From Alphaproteobacteria bacterium (GTDB lineage: Bacteria > Pseudomonadota > Alphaproteobacteria > Bin95): a stretch of 51,178 bases of DNA. The DNA is taken from the NCBI GenBank assembly GCA_022824105.1, contig JAJEAZ010000291.1, positions 1 through 51,178 on the forward strand, in the 5' to 3' direction. The notes under the pieces are model-generated. The model was given only the letters and a program-made list of their open reading frames with translations, was not told the DNA's origin and made no database searches. Positions 14,954-24,746 of the stretch are shown here, piece by piece. A program made the position numbers and the translations under genes. The stretch's first letter is position 1. Every line of letters starts with the position of its first letter.

Positions 14954-15548
14954 GGGCCGGCTCCTCGACGGCGGCGAACGCCTTCTGCATCCAGGCCGGC
15001 ATGTCGGCGGAGCGCAGCTTCTCGAACTCCGACGGGCCGAGCGCGGCTTCGATGGTGGCGACGGTCTCCGGCGTTACGTTGTCCTTGCCGAGATACCACA
15101 GCGCGGAGATCGCGGCGCCGGTCGGCTCGCCCGCGAATTGCAGCCGGCGGCGGTTTGCGGTGTGGACCATGCGCACGGCAACGCCGGCGACCCGGATCGT
15201 GCGGGTCGAGCCGCTGGTATGGAACACGGGCGCGGTCGGCACCTGGGTGCTCAGCCTGAATCGCCTCGCGGCTTCGGCGCCGTGGATCTGGAGCGTCTCG
15301 CCATTGTTGCGCGCGATGGCCTCGACCACTTCGTGGAGGTCGGGCATGACGGTCCCGACAAACCGGTTGGTCCTCGGACGGACGAAGACGCCGTGGGCGA
15401 GACGCCGGATCTCGCCGTCTGCGGCGAGGCGGGAAAGGGTCCGGTCGACGGCGCCGCGGGTGCCGTGCTTCAGGAAACGGGCGCCGGTGAAGGGCCTGCC
15501 CCGGGGCAGCTTCCTTATGGCGGCTCGAACGGCTTTCGCAGTAGACAT
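14946..15548 (-). CDS. abiEi: AbiEi-type antitoxin / transcriptional regulator
   Basis: 200 aa from MSTAKAVRAAIRKLPRGRPFTGARFLKHGTRGAVDRTLSRLAADGEIRRLAHGVFVRP (winged-helix N-terminus). It is coupled to the NTase gene. Confidence 0.8.
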   Translation of the reverse strand: MSTAKAVRAAIRKLPRGRPFTGARFLKHGTRGAVDRTLSRLAADGEIRRLAHGVFVRPRTNRFVGTVMPDLHEVVEAIARNNGETLQIHGAEAARRFRLSTQVPTAPVFHTSGSTRTIRVAGVAVRMVHTANRRRLQFAGEPTGAAISALWYLGKDNVTPETVATIEAALGPSEFEKLRSADMPAWMQKAFAAVEEPAHG

Positions 15549-15563
15549 GGAATGACCCTTCTG

Positions 15564-15592
15564 TGTCCAAAAATATAGCGGTATTTTGGACA
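15564..15592. promoter_or_regulatory. Inverted repeat in the abiE promoter (candidate AbiEi operator)
   Basis: TGTCCAAAAATA (15564-15575) and TATTTTGGACA (15582-15592) form a near-perfect IR with a one-base bulge. It sits in an AT-rich patch 16 nt upstream of the abiEi ATG. Confidence 0.5.
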
Positions 15593-15626
15593 ATTTCAAG
15601 GAGCGGTGTTGGACCTCAGGGGCGGG

Positions 15627-15896
15627 TCAGTGCTCGGCGGGGTCGCCCGGCTCGGGGGTCTCCGCGCGCATGGAGGCGGCCGCCATCGCGGTCCAGGCCT
15701 CGCGGTCGAATCCGAGCCTCCGGTTCAGCTTGTCGCAAATGCTGAGCGCATCGTCCAGATTGAGCGAGATGAGCGCGGTCGGGACATGCCCGGCGAGGCC
15801 TTCGATGACGATGCGGATCTGCTGCACGTCGGTCTCGACGTCGTAGGCGGGCGCGAAGCAGAAGTTGGGGCAGTCCGGCAGGGTCTGTGCGGTCAT
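15627..15896 (-). CDS. Hypothetical small protein (89 aa) downstream of the MTase-helicase
   Basis: ATG 15896 is preceded by AAGGAG. Translation: MTAQTLPDCPNFCFAPAYDVETDVQQIRIVIEGLAGHVPTALISLNLDDALSICDKLN.. Confidence 0.6.
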   Translation of the reverse strand: MTAQTLPDCPNFCFAPAYDVETDVQQIRIVIEGLAGHVPTALISLNLDDALSICDKLNRRLGFDREAWTAMAAASMRAETPEPGDPAEH

Positions 15897-15987
15897 GGGG
15901 TCGGTCTCCTTGTCGGGGTGGGTCGGCGGGTGCCCGGCCGGCAATACGTATCCCGGCCGGGCATTGAACGGGTGATTTCTCCGGGAG

Positions 15988-18900
15988 TCACGCGGCGAGC
16001 GGCCAGCGGTCGAGGAGGCGCTCGACCGTCTCCGGGTTGGGCGCGAACACGCGGGTGCGCCAGGAAACGATCTCGGTCGCGCAGCCCATGCGCTTCAGCG
16101 CGGCCATGTCGGTGTCCGCCGGTCCTTCGATCTCGACCCTGTTGCCGCCCATGAGCCGCCGGCGCGCGAGCCGCCAGCCATTGGCGAGGGCGAGCGCGTT
16201 GCCCCGCTCCATGACTGCCGCGAAGGCTTCCGCGCCGGTCATGGCGGGACCGCCGTCGAGCCCGAACCCGGCGCGCACCGACTGCACCTGCTCGGCGTCG
16301 AGCACCCGCCCGATGAGCGCGATGCCGTCGTCGCTGGTGAGGCGGCGGACCCGCATGTTCTCGGCCGGCAGGCGGTCCCAGACCGGCAGCAGCAGGCCGG
16401 AGGCGAGCCAGAAGCGGGACTCGCGGTGGCTCGGCAGCTCGCCGATCTCGTGGTCCCAGAGCATGCGCCAGTGCCGCTCGTCGGTGCGCCCCCAGTTGGA
16501 GGCGACGAACTCGGCTTGCGCCATGCGGTCCCGGGTAGCGGGCCGGATCAGCTGCACGCGCTTCTGCACCCCACCATCGTCCAGCATGCGCGACGGCGCG
16601 GGCAGCAGAACAGCGGCGCGCTTGGAGCGCGTGTTGACGACCAGCCGCGGCTTCCCGTCCGGACCGGGATCGCGCGCGCCGATCTCAAGCGCCGCGTCGG
16701 CGGCCAGCGGCACCAGCTTGTCGCGGCGGACGATCTCGACCAGCTCGGTCGCCGCCCCGGTGCCGGGATGCTCGTACAGCGTCTCCCGGCCGGCGACAAC
16801 GAGCGAGTCGGCAAGGACCGTCTCGACCCCCACCTCGTAGCTGCCGGCCTCAATGGCCTGCTCGATATTGGCGGCGATGCGCTCTTCCAACTCGGCGAAG
16901 AGCTGGTTTTGCTCGGCGATGGGCAGCGCCAGCAGCCGGTTGAGGAACTTCGGCATGGGCGGCAGCTCGTCCTTGAGCCCGCCCTCATGAACGATCTTGA
17001 GGCCGGTCGAGTCCTGGAACCGTTCGGCGTTCCAGCCCTCGATGCGGCCCCGCCAGAGGGCGCTGTAGAACTGCCGCAATGCCGCTTTGGCATAGGCGGA
17101 TTCGAGGTTGTCGCTCTCGCGGAACAGCGCGGCGTCGCTGCCGCCCATGGCGGTCTGGCTGTCGCGCTGGCCGCGGGTGATGGCGCCCAGGCTGTCGAGC
17201 CGCCGTGCGATGGTCGCGATGAAGCGGCGCTCGCCCTTGACGTCCGTGGTCACGGGCCGGAACAGCGGCGCGGAAGCCTGGTGCGTCCGGTGGGTGCGGC
17301 CCAGTCCCTGGATCGCCTGGTCGGCGCGCCAGCCGGGCTCCAGCAGATAGTGGATGCGCCGCTCGGTGTTGGCGCAGGACAGATCTGCGTGATAGCTCCT
17401 GCCGGTCCCGCCGGCCATGGAGAACACTAGGATGCGCTTTTCGGCGTCCATGAACGCGGCGGTCTCGGCGAGATTGGCCGAGGCGGGCCGGCTGCGGAGC
17501 GAGAGACGCTCACCTTTGGCATCCTTTATACGCAGCACCCGCCGCGAGCGCCCGGTGACTTCGGCGACGGCCTCGTGCCCGAACTTCTGCACGATCTGGT
17601 CCAATGCCGTCGGCACCGGCGGGAGCGCCGCGAGCTTCTCGATCAGCGCGTCGCGCTGTTCCTCCGCCTCCTTGCAGGTGATGGGGTTGCCGTCGGCGTC
17701 GGTCGCCGGCCGACTCATCAGGTTGCCGTCGTCGTCGGTGAACGGCTCCTGCAACTGCACCGGAAATGCGTGCATCAGGAACGACAGGATGCCGTCCCGC
17801 GGGGTGAGGTCGATGTTGAGGTCGTCCCACTCCGAGGCCGGGATCTCGGCGATGCGCCGCTCCATCAGCGCTTCGCCGGTCGAGACCAGCTGCACCACCG
17901 CCGAGCGCCCGGCGTCGAGGTCGGCCTCGACGGCGCGGATCAGGCTGGGGCATTTCATGCCGGTCAGCAGATGGCCGAAGAAGCGCTGCTTGGTGCCCTC
18001 GAAGGCCGACAGGGCTGCCGATTTCGCCCTCTTGTTCAGCGTATCCTCGCCCTGGACGATGCCGGTCGCCTCGAGGGCGGCCTCGATGTTGGCGTGGATG
18101 ACCTTGAAGGCGCCGGCATAGGCGTCGTAGATGCGGCGCTGCTCGGGCGAGAGCGGATGTTCGAGGATGTCGACCTCCACCCCGTCATAGGCCAGGGCCC
18201 TGGCCTGGTAGAGCCCGAGCGCCTTCAGATCGCGCGCCACCACTTCCATTGCAGCCACCCCGCCGGCCTCCATGGCGGAGACGAACTCGACGCGCTTCTC
18301 GAACGGCGTCTCGCTGGCGCCCCACAGGCCGAGCCTCCCGGCGTAGGCAAGGCCGGGCACGGTGGTGGCGCCGGTGGCGGAGACATAGGCGATGCGCGCA
18401 TCGGGCAGCGCGTTCTGTAGGCGCAGGCCCGCGCGCCCCTGCTGGGACGGCTTGGTCTCGCCGCGCTCGGACTTCGACCCCGCCGCGTTGGCCATGGCAT
18501 GCGCCTCGTCGAACACGATCACGCCGTCGAAGGCATGACGGTCCTCCTCGTCGAGCGAACCGGCAAGCCATTCCACGATCTGGTCGAGGCGCGACGGCTT
18601 CCCTTGCCGGGACGGCGAGCGCAGCGTGGCGTAGGTCGCGAACAGGATGCCCTCGTCGAGCGGGATCTCCATGCCCTGCCGGAAGTTGCCCAATGGGATG
18701 ACGTCGCTCTCCAGCCCGCCCAGTGCGGTCCAGTCGCGGCGCGCGTCCTCCAGCAGCTTGTCGGACTGCGACAGCCAGAGGGCCCTCTTCCGTCCGCGCA
18801 TCCGGTTGTCGAGGATGATGGCGGCGACCTGGCGGCCCTTGCCGCAGCCGGTGCCGTCGCCCAGCATCCAGCCACGCCGGAACCTCACCGGCTCCGAAAG

Positions 18901-20532
18901 CGTCTCGCCGTCCTGTGTGACGAAGGAGGTGTCGATTTCTTCCCCGTCCTCACCGTTTTCAGGGCAGCGGTGGACAGTCTCCCAGCCGGAGCCGATGCGG
19001 TACTGCGCCGCCAGGTGCCGGTTATGGGCCTCGCCCGCCAGCACGAGGCTCTCCAGTTGGGCGTCGGACAGCAGGCCGTCGGCGACCACCCGCTCGGGAA
19101 GCATAGGCCGCCAGGCCGGTGCCGGATGCGGCACGGCGGCCATGGCGGCGGATTGCACCAGCGGCGTCGGATGCGCGACCGCCCCCGGCACCCGCACCGC
19201 GCCCGGCCGCCAGGAGGCGTAGGGGCCGGTGTCGTTGGCGGCCGACGTTTCGGCATCGGTGGCAACCGGCTCCATTGGCCCGGTCTCGACGGCCAGTTCC
19301 GAAACCGGCCCCCAGTCATGGGCCTGCCTCGTTTCGGGGGTGGATGCGGGTTTCGGACCGCGCCGCTTGGCGGGTGCCGGCGCGACGGCCTTGCCGAACA
19401 GGTCGCGCGCGGGTCCGGCCGGCGCGGCCGGCGCGGCAATCGGCACGGTCTCGACCGGCAGCCGGAGAGGAACCCGCGCGATGACGGCATCGAGCAGCTC
19501 GGCGGCATCGGCGGCGCGGGCTTCCCGATCGACAGCAACGTCCGGCTCCGCACTGCGCTCCAGCACGGTGAGGCGGGTGTCGAAGCCGGTGCCCCGCCTG
19601 GCATAGGCCCGCCCGTCGATCGCCATGGTGAAGATGCAGCGCGCCGGCGGGCCGCTCGGGCCGTGCCCGTCGAGGCGGGCGAAGGCGGCGGTCCAGGCGG
19701 CGTCGCCGGGGACGCAGTGGGCCGAGGTGATGGCGACCAGCCGCCCGCCCGGCGGCAGCATCGAGACGGCCGAGCGGACATGGCGCAGGTCGGCGTCGTG
19801 GCGGATGCGGTCGACCCCGGGCGTCGCCGAGAACGGCGGGTTCATCAGCACGACCGTCGGCCGGACGTCCCGCAGCCGGTCGGCGATCGCCTCGGCGTCG
19901 AACGCGGTCACGACGGCCTGCGGAAACAGCTGCGTCAGCAGCCGCGCCCTGACGCGAGCGTATTCGTTGAGATGGAGATGGCCGGCGGCTCTGCTGCCTA
20001 GCGCGCATTCCGCCACGACGGCCAGCATGCCGGTGCCGGCCGAGGGCTCCAGCACGGTGTCGCCCGGCCGGACTGCGGCGGCCTGAAGCGCGGCATAGGC
20101 GAGCGGCAGCGGTGTCGAGAACTGCTGGAGCCGGACCTGCACCTCGGATCGCCTGGTATGCGAGGGCTCCAATGCGGCGAGCGCCTCCAGCATCGCCAGC
20201 ATGCGGCGCGGCCCGCCGTCACCGGCGTTGCGGCGCATGCCCCGGCCATAGCGCTGCATGAAGATCACGACGGCGGCTTCGGCGGCCTCATAGGCGTCCT
20301 TCCAGATCCAGCCGCCCTCGGAGTCCGACGACCCCAAGGCCTCCGTCATCGCCTCGCGGAGGGTCGCGGCATCGAGGGGCTGTCCGGCCTCCAGCACCGG
20401 CAGCAGGGTCCGGGCTGCGGCGAACAGGGTGTCGCCGGCCACCGGACGGGCCGACGCTGCGGGTGGGTCGATGGGGACGGCGGGAGGAAGAGGACGCGCG
20501 AAGGCGTCCGGCGCCTGCGGGGCGTCGAGCAT
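15988..20532 (-). CDS. Giant N6-adenine methyltransferase / strawberry-notch-like SF2 helicase fusion
   Basis: 1514 aa. MTase motifs are VLEPSAGTGMLAV and VVLMNPPFS. Helicase motifs are GDGTGCGKGRQ (Walker A), VIVFDEAHAM (DEAH) and later ..FSMAGGTGRSYHAD.., ..GLGRTHRTHQ. Confidence 0.9.
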   Translation of the reverse strand: MLDAPQAPDAFARPLPPAVPIDPPAASARPVAGDTLFAAARTLLPVLEAGQPLDAATLREAMTEALGSSDSEGGWIWKDAYEAAEAAVVIFMQRYGRGMRRNAGDGGPRRMLAMLEALAALEPSHTRRSEVQVRLQQFSTPLPLAYAALQAAAVRPGDTVLEPSAGTGMLAVVAECALGSRAAGHLHLNEYARVRARLLTQLFPQAVVTAFDAEAIADRLRDVRPTVVLMNPPFSATPGVDRIRHDADLRHVRSAVSMLPPGGRLVAITSAHCVPGDAAWTAAFARLDGHGPSGPPARCIFTMAIDGRAYARRGTGFDTRLTVLERSAEPDVAVDREARAADAAELLDAVIARVPLRLPVETVPIAAPAAPAGPARDLFGKAVAPAPAKRRGPKPASTPETRQAHDWGPVSELAVETGPMEPVATDAETSAANDTGPYASWRPGAVRVPGAVAHPTPLVQSAAMAAVPHPAPAWRPMLPERVVADGLLSDAQLESLVLAGEAHNRHLAAQYRIGSGWETVHRCPENGEDGEEIDTSFVTQDGETLSEPVRFRRGWMLGDGTGCGKGRQVAAIILDNRMRGRKRALWLSQSDKLLEDARRDWTALGGLESDVIPLGNFRQGMEIPLDEGILFATYATLRSPSRQGKPSRLDQIVEWLAGSLDEEDRHAFDGVIVFDEAHAMANAAGSKSERGETKPSQQGRAGLRLQNALPDARIAYVSATGATTVPGLAYAGRLGLWGASETPFEKRVEFVSAMEAGGVAAMEVVARDLKALGLYQARALAYDGVEVDILEHPLSPEQRRIYDAYAGAFKVIHANIEAALEATGIVQGEDTLNKRAKSAALSAFEGTKQRFFGHLLTGMKCPSLIRAVEADLDAGRSAVVQLVSTGEALMERRIAEIPASEWDDLNIDLTPRDGILSFLMHAFPVQLQEPFTDDDGNLMSRPATDADGNPITCKEAEEQRDALIEKLAALPPVPTALDQIVQKFGHEAVAEVTGRSRRVLRIKDAKGERLSLRSRPASANLAETAAFMDAEKRILVFSMAGGTGRSYHADLSCANTERRIHYLLEPGWRADQAIQGLGRTHRTHQASAPLFRPVTTDVKGERRFIATIARRLDSLGAITRGQRDSQTAMGGSDAALFRESDNLESAYAKAALRQFYSALWRGRIEGWNAERFQDSTGLKIVHEGGLKDELPPMPKFLNRLLALPIAEQNQLFAELEERIAANIEQAIEAGSYEVGVETVLADSLVVAGRETLYEHPGTGAATELVEIVRRDKLVPLAADAALEIGARDPGPDGKPRLVVNTRSKRAAVLLPAPSRMLDDGGVQKRVQLIRPATRDRMAQAEFVASNWGRTDERHWRMLWDHEIGELPSHRESRFWLASGLLLPVWDRLPAENMRVRRLTSDDGIALIGRVLDAEQVQSVRAGFGLDGGPAMTGAEAFAAVMERGNALALANGWRLARRRLMGGNRVEIEGPADTDMAALKRMGCATEIVSWRTRVFAPNPETVERLLDRWPLAA

Positions 20533-20803
20533 GGGGCGGTCTCCGTGCTGGAAGGGACAGGAGACCGGCGGAATGCGCTGAGAGCGGAACTCCTCCCGCC
20601 CGGCTCCGCCGGCCCGCCCCCGACAGGCTCGACGGCCTTTCGGCGGCCGGGCGCGTGGCGGCGGACCCTCGCGGGAGAGCGGCTCTGCAACGGGGACGGG
20701 ACCGGGCTGGTGTACGGTTCCGGCCGGGGAGGAAAGGCCGGGTCCGGTATCGGAGGATTCGTCGAGCCCGTAAGGGACGGTCCCTACGGTGCGAGGCCCG
20801 GGT

Positions 20804-21604
20804 TCACTCCGGCTGCGGGCCGGGATCGGCGGCGTCTTCGCGGATTTCGTAGCGGCTGCCCGGGAAGTGCCTCACCGCCCGCTCGACATAGGCGTCCGCC
20901 TCTTCGCGGCTGTGGAAACGGCTGTCCATGGCGGCGCCGATGCCGAGCGTGAACAGCCGGGACCTTACGAGGTATTTCCCGGTTACCGGGACCTCCGTCC
21001 GGTCGGGGACGGGCCTGGGCGAAGCCGGGCTGGACGGTCCGGCGCCGGCCGGGGCTCGACGATCCGGGGCTTGCCCGCTCCCCGATGCCAGGTTGCGGCG
21101 GGCGTCGCCGGGGACGGCGCGCACGAACCGGACCGCCTCGCGGATGCGCCGCCTTGCGACGCGGTCGCAGTCGGGATCGGCACGGAACCACGGGCGGGGT
21201 TTGCGCCCAAGCCAGGCGCCCGAGTCCGCGACGAAGCCGTCGCCGTAGGCGACGAAATGATCGCTCGCCGAAATAGCCCACGTCCCGGACGGCGCGGGGT
21301 CGAGGAAGGTGCCGAGCGTCATGGCGCAGACGTCGGTGGGGATATCGGCGAAGATCCGCTCCCAGGCCTCCTTCCGGCGGGCATGGTGGCGCTCGCGGTA
21401 TTTGGGGTGGCGGATGGCGTAATCCGGTGTCCAGCCGAACTCGGCCAGCGCGGCGGCGAGCTCGTCGATGAAGACGCCGTTGACCGAGGGCCGGTCGAAC
21501 AGGCGGCGGATGACGGCGGCGGCCTCGTGGGTCGGCACGCCGGCGATGGCGGATATGGCGGAGGGGCCGCACTTCGTGGCGCGACCGGTGATCCGGCGGA
21601 GCAT
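20804..21604 (-). CDS. Hypothetical protein (266 aa)
   Basis: The protein-like sequence starts at MLRRITGRATKCGPSAISAIAGVPTHEAAAVIRRLF. The track ORF begins 93 codons earlier in Pro/Arg-rich sequence. No domain recognised. Confidence 0.6.
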   Translation of the reverse strand: MLRRITGRATKCGPSAISAIAGVPTHEAAAVIRRLFDRPSVNGVFIDELAAALAEFGWTPDYAIRHPKYRERHHARRKEAWERIFADIPTDVCAMTLGTFLDPAPSGTWAISASDHFVAYGDGFVADSGAWLGRKPRPWFRADPDCDRVARRRIREAVRFVRAVPGDARRNLASGSGQAPDRRAPAGAGPSSPASPRPVPDRTEVPVTGKYLVRSRLFTLGIGAAMDSRFHSREEADAYVERAVRHFPGSRYEIREDAADPGPQPE

Positions 21605-21668
21605 AGCGGTCGGTTCCGGTGTCGGGTGGATCGGGGTGGGCGGCGGGCGCGGGGCGTCCCCGCCGAGT

Positions 21669-22436
21669 TCATTCACGCGGAGAGGCAGCGGCCGGCGGGG
21701 CGGGATCGAGCGGGTTTTCGAGGATGCGCCGGACCTCGCGCCAGACGCCGGGCGAGCGGTCGGCGGCGAGCAGCCGGGCGATGCGCCGGCGCTTTTCGAT
21801 CCGGTAGTTCCGCGTGTTCTCGGACTCGGCGAAGGCGAACATCTCGCAGTAGCGCCTGACGCCCGACAGTGTTGTGGCGGCATGGCAGCGCCCGGCCTCG
21901 CCGAAGCCGTAGATGCGCCAGTAACGCCCGTCGCGCTGGAGGATGGCCGCTTCCTCGCCCTCGATCAGGAAGGCATGGACGCCAGGGCGCTTGCACCTCG
22001 TCCGGGTGTTGGGCCGGAGGCCGGGATAATCGGGAAGGGAGGCGCGGGCGGAGTGGAGAACCGCCACCGCGATCTCCTGCGAGTCGCAGACCTCATCGAA
22101 TACGACGAGCTCCGGCGGACCGGCCGGCAGCGCCTTGCGCAGCATGGCGTGGAGATGGCCGGCCAGGGCGCGCAGTGCGTCGCCGGCGCTATCGCCGGGG
22201 TCCAGCCGGTCGCTGCAATGCCGCCCGCCGAGGTCGTAGGCGGCGCGGCGGATGGCGGCGTCGAGGGAGAAGCGCCGGGCGTGAGGCGACAGCGCGTTGC
22301 AGGACCCGCCTTCGGTGTCGAGCGCGCCCTCCTGGGTCCAGCCGGCTTCCAGCAGCGCGATCGCGTCGTCGCAGATATCCGCCGGCGTGACGATCGGCGG
22401 CCGTTCGGCAAGGAAAGAGTCGGGAAACGCTGTCAT
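21669..22436 (-). CDS. Hypothetical protein (255 aa)
   Basis: MTAFPDSFLAERPPIVTPADICDDAIALLEAGWTQEGALDTEGGSCNALS.. The frame is GC3-rich and sits in the backbone operon. Confidence 0.7.
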   Translation of the reverse strand: MTAFPDSFLAERPPIVTPADICDDAIALLEAGWTQEGALDTEGGSCNALSPHARRFSLDAAIRRAAYDLGGRHCSDRLDPGDSAGDALRALAGHLHAMLRKALPAGPPELVVFDEVCDSQEIAVAVLHSARASLPDYPGLRPNTRTRCKRPGVHAFLIEGEEAAILQRDGRYWRIYGFGEAGRCHAATTLSGVRRYCEMFAFAESENTRNYRIEKRRRIARLLAADRSPGVWREVRRILENPLDPAPPAAASPRE

Positions 22437-22511
22437 GGCCGGTTGTCCATGCTGGGGTGGAACGGGTGGACGACCCTCGACGGCGCTGGGTCGGGGCCGG
22501 GTAGCGGCGCG

Positions 22512-23261
22512 TCAGAGCAGCCCGCGCGCCTGGAAGCTGACCGAGCCGGTCGGCGTGACGATCACATGATCGAGCAGCGTCACCTCGATGGTCTTCAGCG
22601 CGTCGCGGAGGCGGTTCGTCATGTCGATGTCGGCCCTTGAGGGCTCGGGGTCGCCGGAGGGGTGCGCATGTATCGCGATGACGGCGCTGGCCTGGAGCTC
22701 CAGGCAGCGGATGCAGATCTCCCGCGGATAGACCGGGGTGTGGCAGACCGAGCCCTGCTGGTGCAGGCGGTCGGCAACGAGACGGCTTTTGCGGTCCATG
22801 TAGAGCACGTGGAACTGTTCGACCTCGCGGTGGCCCGCGAGCGTGCGGCAATACTCGACGACCTTGTCGTAGTTGGCGAAGGACGGACGCACGGTCTGCG
22901 GCACCTGCTCCCGCGCCATGCGGATGCCGAGGGCTTCGGCGGTCTTGAGCGTGGCGACGGCCTCCTCCGGAAGGCCGGGCACCGCGCGCAGCCGGTCCGG
23001 GCGGGCGGCGAGCGCCCGCGGCGCCGTGCCGAAGGTGTCCAGCAGCGCGCCGGCGAGCGCCCCGGTATCGTCCGCCGGCCGGCAGCCGGAGAGCAGCAGC
23101 TCCAGCAGATCGCGGTCGTCGACCGCATGGCGCCCGGCGCGCAGGAAGCGGGCCCGGAGCCGGCGGCGGCTTGCGGCCTCTCGGACGGACACAGGGGCCG
23201 CGGGCACGTCGAACAGCGGCATTTCCCGGAGGCCGGCATCGGGCGTGTCGAGCGGGCTCAT
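22512..23261 (-). CDS. radC: RadC-family JAB-domain protein
   Basis: 249 aa from MSPLDTPD. It contains ..FHVLYMDRKSRLV.. and AVIAIHAHPSGDPEPSRADIDMT (the JAMM HxH..S..D motif). ATG 23261 overlaps the upstream stop (ATGA). Confidence 0.9.
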   Translation of the reverse strand: MSPLDTPDAGLREMPLFDVPAAPVSVREAASRRRLRARFLRAGRHAVDDRDLLELLLSGCRPADDTGALAGALLDTFGTAPRALAARPDRLRAVPGLPEEAVATLKTAEALGIRMAREQVPQTVRPSFANYDKVVEYCRTLAGHREVEQFHVLYMDRKSRLVADRLHQQGSVCHTPVYPREICIRCLELQASAVIAIHAHPSGDPEPSRADIDMTNRLRDALKTIEVTLLDHVIVTPTGSVSFQARGLL

Positions 23262-23560
23262 GCCGCCGTCTCCATGACGGCGGAGGTCTTGCGCTCCGCG
23301 GCGCGGGCGGTGCAGTGCTCGATCAGCCGGGCGTATTCGTCCGCGTCGAGGATGCGGTCGACATTGAGCAGGAAGGCGAGCTGGAGGCCGATCAGGCGGA
23401 TGGCGGGATCGTCGCGCTGCGGGACCCCCTCGGCGATCGCCTGCCGGCAAGCTTGGTGGAGGGTGAGCGCGACGCCGGACGGGTTGCACGCCCCGAGGCC
23501 GACGATGTCGAGCGCCGCCCGGTGGCGGTCGAAGCCGGCGGGAAGATCGGCGGCGCTCAT
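23258..23560 (-). CDS. Hypothetical protein (100 aa)
   Basis: MSAADLPAGFDRHRAALDIVGLGACNPSGVALTLHQACRQAIAEG.. It has ATGA overlaps with both neighbouring genes. Confidence 0.6.
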   Translation of the reverse strand: MSAADLPAGFDRHRAALDIVGLGACNPSGVALTLHQACRQAIAEGVPQRDDPAIRLIGLQLAFLLNVDRILDADEYARLIEHCTARAAERKTSAVMETAA

Positions 23561-23889
23561 CGGCCGGTCCTCCGCATCTTCGCGACCAGGCCGTCGATGG
23601 TGGCGGCGTCGGCCCCGCAGGCCTCGCCCCAACTGCGCAGATTGCGCTCGAAATCCCGGACGGAGCCGACATAGGCATTGAAGAACGGGTCCTCGGTGGT
23701 GGCGGCCAGCACCGAATCTCCGGCGACGGAGATCCCGGTGATGGCCGGCACGGTCATCGGTTCGAGACCGAGCAGCCAGCAGAGCAAGGCGCCGAACAGG
23801 GGCGAGAGGCTCTCGCCCCGGCGCGGGTCCATCGGGTGCATGGGCGGCGGCACATACTCGGGCGCGGCCGCAATTCCGGTATCGGGCAT
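23557..23889 (-). CDS. Hypothetical protein (110 aa)
   Basis: ATG 23889 follows GGAGA. Translation: ..LSPLFGALLCWLLGLEPMTVPAITGISVAGDSVLAATTEDPFFNAYVGSVRDFERNLRSW.. Confidence 0.6.
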   Translation of the reverse strand: MPDTGIAAAPEYVPPPMHPMDPRRGESLSPLFGALLCWLLGLEPMTVPAITGISVAGDSVLAATTEDPFFNAYVGSVRDFERNLRSWGEACGADAATIDGLVAKMRRTGR

Positions 23890-23935
23890 GGCGGTCTCCG
23901 TGATCGGGAAACGGGAGAGGTCGGCGGAACGGCGG

Positions 23936-24322
23936 TCAGGCGCCGGCGGGGACGGTGCGGCTCCGGGCGGCCTGGTCGAGCTCCGGTCCGAACTCCACGA
24001 TGCGCCCGGCGCGCCGCGCTGCCTCGGCGTAGACCGAGATCGGGTGGACGGGCCGGAACCAGAGATCGCGCTCGATGCCGAGGCCGAACGGTCCCTCGAA
24101 GGCCTCCAGCTCGCTGAGGCGCACGCTGCCGAGCTCCGGGGTGCCGAAGCCGAGATCCATCAGCCCGAAATGAATATCGGGGTCCTCGGGATCGGCGTCG
24201 ACGATCAGCCAGGTGCCGGCGCCGGCGGGGTTGAACCACTTGACGAGCGGAACCCGGTCGCGGTCGGGGTTCCTGCCGTTGGCGATGAGCTGCTCGCGCA
24301 ACTCCGGGGTGACGAGGTCCAT
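23936..24322 (-). CDS. DUF2958 domain protein
   Basis: 128 aa: MDLVTPELREQLIANGRNPDRDRVPLVKWFNPAGAGTWLIVDADPEDPDIHFGLMDLGFGTPELGSVRLSELEAF.. This is the characteristic DUF2958 pattern. Confidence 0.85.
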   Translation of the reverse strand: MDLVTPELREQLIANGRNPDRDRVPLVKWFNPAGAGTWLIVDADPEDPDIHFGLMDLGFGTPELGSVRLSELEAFEGPFGLGIERDLWFRPVHPISVYAEAARRAGRIVEFGPELDQAARSRTVPAGA

Positions 24323-24494
24323 GGGAAGGCTCCCTTGCGTCGGAGGAATGCGGTGCGGGACGGAACGCTCCCGCGTCCCGCCCCGACGGGCGCCCGGCCT
24401 CGGTTCCGCACTGCCTCCGTCCGGAGCGGCGGCGCGATCGGGCATGGATGAAATGGCGCCGGCGCGATCCGAAGACCGGGCGGGACTTGCACCG

Positions 24495-24746
24495 TCAGTG
24501 GGACGGGACCTCCGGCACCGGGCCGGCTGGGCCGAGCTCGACCGCGACCCGGCCGTCGCGGACGGTAACCGTGACGGTGCGGCCGGTCGGCATCAGCCAG
24601 AGCAGGTCGGTCCAGACCGCGTTGGCGATGGCGCGCTTCTGCGCTTCGTCGTCGGGGCCGTCCGGAACGGGAACCCCGGATCGGTGTCCGGGGCAGGCAG
24701 ACACCGATCCGGAGGGACAGGCGGCGGGCATGATGGCGAGCTTCAT
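24495..24746 (-). CDS. Hypothetical small protein (83 aa)
   Basis: ATG 24746 is preceded by GGGAGA. Translation: ..DDEAQKRAIANAVWTDLLWLMPTGRTVTVTVRDGRVAVEL.. Confidence 0.5.
   Translation of the reverse strand: MKLAIMPAACPSGSVSACPGHRSGVPVPDGPDDEAQKRAIANAVWTDLLWLMPTGRTVTVTVRDGRVAVELGPAGPVPEVPSH

Noticed and set aside
16037-20001. Series of plus-strand ORFs (16037..16840, 16426..17430, 17575..18420, 18499..20001 and others)
   Set aside because: All lie antisense to the 1514-aa MTase-helicase gene and lack motifs.
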